13,160 nt of DNA, taken from Alphaproteobacteria bacterium. Its GTDB lineage: Bacteria > Pseudomonadota > Alphaproteobacteria > UBA6615. This document shows, in pieces, positions 7,825-13,160 of this stretch. A program made the translations under genes and the position numbers. Position 1 is the first letter of the stretch, and each line of letters begins with the position of its first letter. The notes beneath the pieces are model-generated. The model saw only the letters and a program-made list of their open reading frames with translations. It was not told the DNA's origin and did not search any database. The stretch is from positions 1 to 13,160 of the forward strand of contig JAEPNS010000060.1 of NCBI GenBank assembly GCA_017643325.1, read 5' to 3'.

Positions 7825-9126
7825 CTAGTTCAGGTAATCCCGGAGTTTGGCGAGCGCGCTGCGGAAGCCGCTCGATGAGTAGCGGGTCGGGGACTCGGTG
7901 GCCTCGTAGAGGCTTTCGAGTTGCTGCGGCGCGGACCGTCCGAGGGAATCGAGCAGCGCCGCGGCGGCCATGGTGGCCTGTTCGGCGGCGCCGAAGTCGA
8001 CATAGTCCGAGGAATGATCGCGCGATACGAGGGTCGCGAGGGTTGCCTTGAGGTCGGCTTCGCGCAGCGGGTTCTCGACGAGGTTCCGGGTCATGCCGTC
8101 GACCGTGCCCGCGAGCGTGTCAGCCGCGCGCGCCACGGCCGACGCACCCTGGCGGGTGGCGCGGTGCAGGGCGCGGGTCTGTGACTTGAGCGTGTCCGCC
8201 AGCTTGGAATCGCGTCCCTCGGCGATCGCGCGGAGCATCACGAGGTTCGCGTCGTAGAGCTGCGGTTCGCCGGGACCGAGGCCGACACCGGGCTGCGGCG
8301 ACCATTTCGCGTTCGTGTAGGAGTGATGGCAGCTGCCGCACTCGAAGAAGGTGAACTCGGGGAACAGGTGGTTGCGTCCGCGCATGGACTTCGCGAGCGC
8401 GCGCAGCTGGTTGCCGGCGGCGACGGCCTGGCCGATGGCCCACAGGTTTGCCCCGTCCGTCACCGGCTTGCGCTGGCGGTAGTCGTCGTCGATGCGCACA
8501 TGGGCCGGCTGGTTTATGGAGAAGGTGTCGAGCTCGAAGGACAGGCGCGGATGGCCCGCGGCCATCAGGCGGTGCGACACGATCCGGTCCGGGTTGGCCT
8601 GGTGGCATCCGAGGCAGAGTTCCGCCCGCTTCACCGGGTCGTCGGTCGGGTACATGCCCAGCGAGACCAGTGTCGGCCGGTCGCTCAGGCCGCTGACGTG
8701 GGTGCCGAGCCAGTTCTCCGCCCCGCCGTGACAGCTCTCGCAGCCGACACCGCTGGTGATGTCGAAATTGTTGCCGCGCCGGTCTTCGGACACATTGTCC
8801 GCGTGGCACTGCAGGCAGGTCCCGGATTCATGGGCGGCGCCGATCCCCAGCCGCGCGGCGATGCGCTTTCCCCGGTCCGACTGGAGCGCCTTGTAGGCAC
8901 CGGAATGCGCGTCGTGCGTGCTCCAGACAACAAACTCGTTCTGCAACACGACCGAGTTCTGCCAAGGCTGCACCGCGCCGTGACAGGTCGAGGCGGCACA
9001 GGTCTGCACGCCGAGATGGATCGCGCCGTTGTCCTGCGCGAGCGCCTGGTTTGACGTGAACGAAAGTCCGAAAATCAGCGCCGCAACGAACAGGTCGCGA
9101 ACGGCGCGTGCCCCTTGAAAATTCAT
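7825..9126 (-). CDS. Multiheme c-type cytochrome, 433 aa: 4 canonical CXXCH plus one CX4CH, with an Ala-rich helical C-terminal half
   Basis: Signal peptide ending ...SNQALAQ. Motifs CAASTCH (CX4CH), CLQCH, CESCH, CLGCH, CGSCH. The CAASTCH motif was verified by reverse-complementing 8980-9000. First gene of the minus operon that starts at the 9127-9284 divergent region. Confidence 0.85.
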   Translation of the reverse strand: MNFQGARAVRDLFVAALIFGLSFTSNQALAQDNGAIHLGVQTCAASTCHGAVQPWQNSVVLQNEFVVWSTHDAHSGAYKALQSDRGKRIAARLGIGAAHESGTCLQCHADNVSEDRRGNNFDITSGVGCESCHGGAENWLGTHVSGLSDRPTLVSLGMYPTDDPVKRAELCLGCHQANPDRIVSHRLMAAGHPRLSFELDTFSINQPAHVRIDDDYRQRKPVTDGANLWAIGQAVAAGNQLRALAKSMRGRNHLFPEFTFFECGSCHHSYTNAKWSPQPGVGLGPGEPQLYDANLVMLRAIAEGRDSKLADTLKSQTRALHRATRQGASAVARAADTLAGTVDGMTRNLVENPLREADLKATLATLVSRDHSSDYVDFGAAEQATMAAAALLDSLGRSAPQQLESLYEATESPTRYSSSGFRSALAKLRDYLN

Positions 9127-9210
9127 TTTTGCCCCGACCGCTGCCCTGCGGCCCCTTCGCGTTCGATTTCGGAACGGTAACCCAGTATACTCAAATCAGT
9201 TTGTTGGTGT

Positions 9211-9226
9211 AGTGATTCGTATCACA
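9211..9226. promoter_or_regulatory. Candidate CRP/FNR-family operator (aGTGAttcgtaTCACa) in the divergent promoter region between the cytochrome operon and the flavo-FeS operon
   Basis: 16-mer agtgattcgtatcaca matches TGTGA-N6-TCACA with one mismatch. Its core GTGAT-N4-ATCAC is a perfect palindrome resembling the FNR box TTGAT-N4-ATCAA. It is centred ~66 bp upstream of the 9285 start and ~92 bp upstream of the 9126 start. The surrounding 9127-9284 region is the most AT-rich stretch in the locus. Confidence 0.4.
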
Positions 9227-9284
9227 CCCTTCGGCTTGGGCAGCCGGCAGGGTTATTGTAAGGGAGCGGGCCGCCTCAAGGCCC

Positions 9285-11678
9285 GTGGGTTCTGGGGAGA
9301 GTTTCGGGGGCGTGTCTCAGGTTCAGGTCGCCATCGTGGGTTCGGGTCCGGCAGGATTGAGCGCCGGCGCGCGCGCGGCCGTGCGCGGCCTGTCGCATGT
9401 CGTTCTCGAGCGGACCGAGCAGCCGAGCAACACGATCTTCCGCTTCCAGAAGGGTAAGCATGTCATGGCGCAGCCGGCGCACACGCCGCTGCGCAGCGAG
9501 ATCCCGTTCGAGGACGGACGCCGCGAGGATGTGCTCGCGGCCTGGCTTGCCCGCGCGGAAGAACTCGGGGTCAATTTCCGGTTCAATTCCGAGGTCACCG
9601 GCATCACCGGGAGCCGGGGCGATTTCGTCATTTCGCTCGCCGACGGCGAGGAGGTGCGCGCCGAGACGGTCGTGCTTGCCGTCGGACTGCAGGGCAACCT
9701 GAACAAGCTGCGCGTGCCCGGCGCCGAGCTGCCGCATGTCGGCTACCAGCTCGACGATCCCGACGAATTCGAGCATGAGCGGATCGCCGTGATCGGCGGC
9801 GGCGACGCCTCGATCGAGAACGCGCTCGCGCTGGCGGAGCACAACGAGGTCACGATCATCAACCGCTCGGACGAGTTCGCCCGGGCGAAGTCCGCCAACG
9901 AGAGCGCGATCCTCGCCGCGATCGAGTCGGGACGGATGGACGTGGCCTACAACGCGAACACGATCGCGATCGAGCCGGACACGCTGGTGCTCGAGACGCC
10001 CGAGGGCGAGGCGCGCATTCCCTGCGAGCGGATCATCGCGCGTCTCGGCGCGGCGCCGCCGCGCAAGCTGGTCGAGGCCTGCGGCGTGGAATTCCCGACG
10101 GAGGAACGCAACGCGCTGCCGGAGGTCTCCCCGCAGTACGAATCGAACGTGCCCGGGCTGTACGTCGTCGGTGCGCTCGGCGGGTTCCCGCTGATCAAGC
10201 AGGCCCTCAACCAGGGCTACGAGGTCATCGAGCATATCGTCGGGGAGGATGTGGAACCGGCGGACGCGCCGCTGCTGCGCGAGAAAATCTCCGCGGCGCA
10301 GGGCTGGGACGTCGACGGCTTCCTCGAGGCGGTGCGCACGCGTGTCCCGATCTTCGCCGAGCTCAATGCGCTGGTCCTTCGCGACACGATGCTCGAGTCC
10401 GAGGTGCACAGTTTCACGGACGGCGAGATCGTGTTCCGCCGGAACGACTACACCAACAGCCTGTATGTGGTCATCGAGGGCGCGGTGCGGATCCATCTCG
10501 ACGACGAGATGCCGCCGAAGGCGAGCGTGCAGCTGGGGCAGGGCGCCTTCTTCGGAGAGATGGGCCTGATTTCCGGCCGCCGGCGCAACGCGACCGTGTC
10601 CGCGATCGGCAACGCGCTGCTCCTCGAGGTGCCGCGGCGGCGGATGATCACCTTGCGGGCGAGCGTACCGTCGGTCCGCGAGGCGATGGACCGCGAGGCG
10701 GTGGCACGCTCGATCCAGTCGCACCTCGCGCCGGGTCTCGACCGCGACAGCATCGACGACATCGCGGCCGCGGCCACGATCCACAACTGGTCGAAGGGTC
10801 AGGTTCTGTTCAGCGAGGGCGAGGAGGGCGACAGCCTGCACCTCATCCGCCGCGGCTCGGTGCTCGTGCGCAAGAAGATCGGCGACCACGACGTCGTCCT
10901 GAACTATGTGGCGGCCGGCAACTATGTGGGCGAGATGGCGCTGGTCAGCGGCGAGCCGCGCAACGCGACCGTCGCGGCGGCCGCCGACTGCGAGACCATC
11001 CGCATCGAGCGCGACGACTTCAACCGGCTGATGGACCGCCACCCCGACCTGCGCACCGAGATCGAGCAGGTGCGCGAGGCGCGCGCCGCGATCACCGCCC
11101 GCATGGCCGAGAGCCCGGACCAGGGCAGCCTGATCGAGTTCCTGGTCGACCAGGGCGGCAAGGAAGCCACCGACATCCTGCTGATCGACGAGTCCCTGTG
11201 CGTCGGCTGCGACAACTGCGAGAAAGCCTGCGCCGGCACCCACGGCGGCATCACGCGGCTCGACCGCGAGGCGGGGCCGACCTACGCCGACATGCACGTG
11301 CCGACATCCTGCCGGCACTGCGAGCATCCGCACTGCATGAGCGACTGCCCGCCCGACGCCATCAAGCGCGCGATGGGCGGCGAGGTCTACATCACCGATG
11401 CCTGCATCGGCTGCGGCAACTGCCAGCGCAATTGCCCCTACGACGTGATCCAGATGGCGAACCCGCAGATGGGCGAGCGCGGCTGGCTCGCGAGCCTGCT
11501 CGGCGGCATGGCCGGCAAGCGCGCCGAGGTGTCCGACGGGCCCAAGCAGGCCGTGAAGTGCGACATGTGCCTCGACATCGACGGCGGCCCGGCCTGCGTG
11601 CGGGCCTGCCCGACCGGCGCGGCAATCCGCGTCCATCCGTCCGAGGTTATCGAGCTCGTGACCGGGAGCGGGCGATGA
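9285..11678 (+). CDS. Multidomain redox protein, 797 aa: FAD/NAD(P)-binding oxidoreductase (two Rossmann motifs, no CXXC), then two tandem cNMP-binding domains, then a NrfC/FdnH/PsrB-like four-cluster [4Fe-4S] ferredoxin module
   Basis: VAIVGSGPAGL (FAD GxGxxG) and VIGGGDASIENA (NAD(P) motif). Two cNMP-binding signatures: FGEMGLISGRRRNATV and VGEMALVSGEPRNATV. Four Cys clusters: CVGCDNCEKAC, CRHCEHPHCMSDCP, CIGCGNCQRNCP and CDMC...ACVRACPTGA. No signal peptide, so it is cytoplasmic. The GTG start at 9285 is uncertain; GTG at 9312 (VSQVQVAIVG...) is an alternative. Confidence 0.8.
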   Translation: MGSGESFGGVSQVQVAIVGSGPAGLSAGARAAVRGLSHVVLERTEQPSNTIFRFQKGKHVMAQPAHTPLRSEIPFEDGRREDVLAAWLARAEELGVNFRFNSEVTGITGSRGDFVISLADGEEVRAETVVLAVGLQGNLNKLRVPGAELPHVGYQLDDPDEFEHERIAVIGGGDASIENALALAEHNEVTIINRSDEFARAKSANESAILAAIESGRMDVAYNANTIAIEPDTLVLETPEGEARIPCERIIARLGAAPPRKLVEACGVEFPTEERNALPEVSPQYESNVPGLYVVGALGGFPLIKQALNQGYEVIEHIVGEDVEPADAPLLREKISAAQGWDVDGFLEAVRTRVPIFAELNALVLRDTMLESEVHSFTDGEIVFRRNDYTNSLYVVIEGAVRIHLDDEMPPKASVQLGQGAFFGEMGLISGRRRNATVSAIGNALLLEVPRRRMITLRASVPSVREAMDREAVARSIQSHLAPGLDRDSIDDIAAAATIHNWSKGQVLFSEGEEGDSLHLIRRGSVLVRKKIGDHDVVLNYVAAGNYVGEMALVSGEPRNATVAAAADCETIRIERDDFNRLMDRHPDLRTEIEQVREARAAITARMAESPDQGSLIEFLVDQGGKEATDILLIDESLCVGCDNCEKACAGTHGGITRLDREAGPTYADMHVPTSCRHCEHPHCMSDCPPDAIKRAMGGEVYITDACIGCGNCQRNCPYDVIQMANPQMGERGWLASLLGGMAGKRAEVSDGPKQAVKCDMCLDIDGGPACVRACPTGAAIRVHPSEVIELVTGSGR

Positions 11679-12511
11679 GCGCGGCACCCCTGCACAGCGG
11701 GTTCCTGACCCACAAGCGGATGATGTTCGCCTGGCTGGCGCTGCTGCTCGTGCTCGCCGTCGCCGCGGCCTGGTACTGGCAGGAGATGCTGCCGCCGTCG
11801 GCGGTGGATCTCGGGTTCAGCTACGGGCTGGGGACGCTGGCACTTGTGATCATGCTCTGGCTGACATGGTTCGGCGTGCGCAAGCGCAGCTACGCGAAAG
11901 GGGCGGGGCGGCTGAAGGCGTGGCTGTCGGCGCATGTCTATCTCGGCCTGTCGCTGGTGTTCCTCGTGCCGCTGCACGGCGGCTTCACCATCGCGCCGGA
12001 CATCCACGGGATCGCCTATGTCCTCGTGCTGGTCACGGTCTTCACCGGCCTGTTCGGGGTCGCGTTCTACGGTTTCTACCCCCGCCGGGTGACCGCGAAC
12101 CGCGAGGGACTGACCTTCGACGCGATGCTCAAGCGGATCGCGGAGATCGACATCGAGCTGCGCGGCCTGTCGACCCAGCTGTCGGAGGCGGCCAACAACA
12201 TCGTGCGCCGCGAGGCGGAATCGGGCCGCATCGGAGGCGGCGTGGGAATCCTGTTCGCCCGGCCGATCAACAAGGCACGGCGCGCACGCCAGGCGCTGCT
12301 GCGGCTCAACCTCGACTCCGACGCGGGCAACCGCGCGGCGGCGCTGCTCGAGAGCAAGGCGGCCGTGGTCGACAGGCTGCAGCGCGATATCCAGATGCGC
12401 TCGCGCCTGCGGGCGTGGCTGCTGCTCCATGTGCCGCTGTCGCTTGCGACCCTCGCGGCGGTGATCGCCCACGCGGCGGGCATGCTCATGTTCGGCCTCG
12501 GATCGGTGTAA
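11675..12511 (+). CDS. Integral membrane protein (~5 TM, 278 aa) with two His-x13-His pairs in TM helices; candidate diheme cytochrome b membrane anchor
   Basis: ATG at 11675 overlaps the upstream stop (ATGA at 11675-11678). The six-frame track's 11198 start lies inside the upstream gene and is rejected. TM3 WLSAHVYLGLSLVFLVPLHGG and TM5 LLLHVPLSLATLAAVIAHAAG each carry two His 14 residues apart, as in bis-heme b ligation of cytochrome b/FdnI-type subunits. A ~130-aa Arg/Ala-rich soluble region lies between TM4 and TM5. Confidence 0.7.
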   Translation: MSAAPLHSGFLTHKRMMFAWLALLLVLAVAAAWYWQEMLPPSAVDLGFSYGLGTLALVIMLWLTWFGVRKRSYAKGAGRLKAWLSAHVYLGLSLVFLVPLHGGFTIAPDIHGIAYVLVLVTVFTGLFGVAFYGFYPRRVTANREGLTFDAMLKRIAEIDIELRGLSTQLSEAANNIVRREAESGRIGGGVGILFARPINKARRARQALLRLNLDSDAGNRAAALLESKAAVVDRLQRDIQMRSRLRAWLLLHVPLSLATLAAVIAHAAGMLMFGLGSV

Positions 12512-12517
12512 CCGGCC

Positions 12518-13160
12518 ATGCGCGTCCTCGTCACACACCGCCTGCGCCGCACCCGCCGGGAAGGCTATGTCGAGCGCTCCGAGACGCTCGAGGGCGAAAC
12601 CATCCGGATCGGGCGCGGCTCGGATGTCGAGCTGCACCTGCCGGACGGGCGCGTCCTCCTGCACCATGCCACTCTCGCGGTCGAGAACGGCGAGCTGATG
12701 CTGCGCGCGGACCCGAGCGCGGAGATCGAGCTCGACGGCATCCCGGTGGATATCGCCCAGCTCACGCCGGGCCGCACCGTCGCCGTCGGCCCGTACGACA
12801 TTACCTGCGGCGAAGCTGTCGAGGGCCACGACGCCTGTATCAGTGTCGAGCTCGCGCGCCCCATGGGCGATGCCGAGACGATCGTGCGCGAGCGCGTCCG
12901 CACGCCCCTGCTGTCGCGTTCACGCAGCGGATGGGCGCTCGGCGGCCTGCTGGGGCTGGTGCTGCTGGTCGTCGGCGTGGGCATCCCGCTGAGCTCGTTC
13001 CTCGGCGAGCGCGAGACGCAGCGCGTCGCGACCGACGCGGGCGAGACCGACATCATGCGGATGGCGGAGAGCATGTGGCTGACCGAGCAGCTCTCGAGCG
13101 TGCATGACAACCTCGAGGCCGGCTGCCAGGCCTGCCATGTCACGCCCTTTGCGACCGTCG
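12518..13160 (+). CDS. Partial CDS (3' end outside the window): FHA-like N-terminal domain, one TM helix, then an extracytoplasmic region containing a CXXCH heme-binding motif
   Basis: It is absent from the six-frame track because there is no stop before the window end, but frame 2 is open from ATG 12518 to 13160 with strong GC3 bias. N-terminus ETIRIGRGSDVELHLPDGRVLLHHATLAVENGELMLRADPSAEIELDGIPV resembles an FHA fold (GR...SR.HA pattern). TM helix WALGGLLGLVLLVVGVGIPLSSFL. CQACH lies near the window end. Confidence 0.6.
   Translation, partial: MRVLVTHRLRRTRREGYVERSETLEGETIRIGRGSDVELHLPDGRVLLHHATLAVENGELMLRADPSAEIELDGIPVDIAQLTPGRTVAVGPYDITCGEAVEGHDACISVELARPMGDAETIVRERVRTPLLSRSRSGWALGGLLGLVLLVVGVGIPLSSFLGERETQRVATDAGETDIMRMAESMWLTEQLSSVHDNLEAGCQACHVTPFATV

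Noticed and set aside
9212-9457. 81-aa plus ORF spanning the divergent promoter into the flavo-FeS gene
   Set aside because: It is out of frame with the downstream gene and Arg/Gly-rich. Its only notable content is the short KGAGRLKA similarity, reported separately as a finding.
11198-11674. 5' extension of the track ORF 11198-12511 into the flavo-FeS gene
   Set aside because: The extension lies entirely inside gene 9285-11678 in a different frame and is Arg/His-rich. An in-frame ATG at 11675 forms an ATGA overlap with the upstream stop and begins exactly where the hydrophobic membrane protein starts.
9276-11687. 803-aa minus-strand ORF antisense to the flavo-FeS gene
   Set aside because: The translation is Arg/Ala/Gly/His-rich with no recognisable motifs. 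The plus frame carries clear Rossmann, cNMP and 4Fe-4S signatures and GC3 bias. This is a typical antisense open frame of high-GC DNA.
11438-13143. Minus-strand ORFs 11438-12829 and 12565-13143, and plus ORF 11866-13107
   Set aside because: They are antisense or out-of-frame to the coupled membrane-anchor gene and to the FHA-like gene in frame 2, which has strong GC3 bias and recognisable motifs.
1-13160. CRISPR arrays, tRNA/rRNA genes, IS elements or integrase genes
   Set aside because: There are no regularly spaced direct repeats, no tRNA-like cloverleaf candidates and no transposase or integrase-like ORFs. Coding density and codon usage look native and not horizontally acquired.

Overview
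High-GC (~68-70%) bacterial window, dense with coding sequence; codon usage suggests a proteobacterium. The window opens with the 3' end of a YcaO-domain gene (3-767, +) and a ~150-bp intergenic element rich in inverted repeats. A minus-strand block follows: a YojI/SyrD-type ABC peptide exporter (GTG start), an SPFH/band-7 protein coupled to it by an ATGA overlap, and a 61-aa two-TM protein. The core of the window is a divergent locus around a 158-bp intergenic region (9127-9284) that carries a CRP/FNR-type palindrome. Leftward (minus) it encodes a multiheme cytochrome c with 4 CXXCH plus one CX4CH, then a pentaheme cytochrome c 3 nt downstream, then a candidate outer-membrane beta-barrel coupled by an ATGA overlap. 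Rightward (plus) it encodes a 797-aa fusion of an FAD/NAD(P)-binding oxidoreductase, two cNMP-binding domains and a NrfC/FdnH-like four-cluster [4Fe-4S] module. This is coupled by an ATGA overlap to a 5-TM protein with two His-x13-His pairs (candidate diheme cytochrome b), followed by a partial gene encoding FHA-like domain + TM helix + CXXCH. Together these look like an undescribed, signal-regulated trans-envelope electron-transfer system; this is an inference from motifs only. Many long ORFs in the six-frame track are antisense artefacts of the high GC content and are rejected below.
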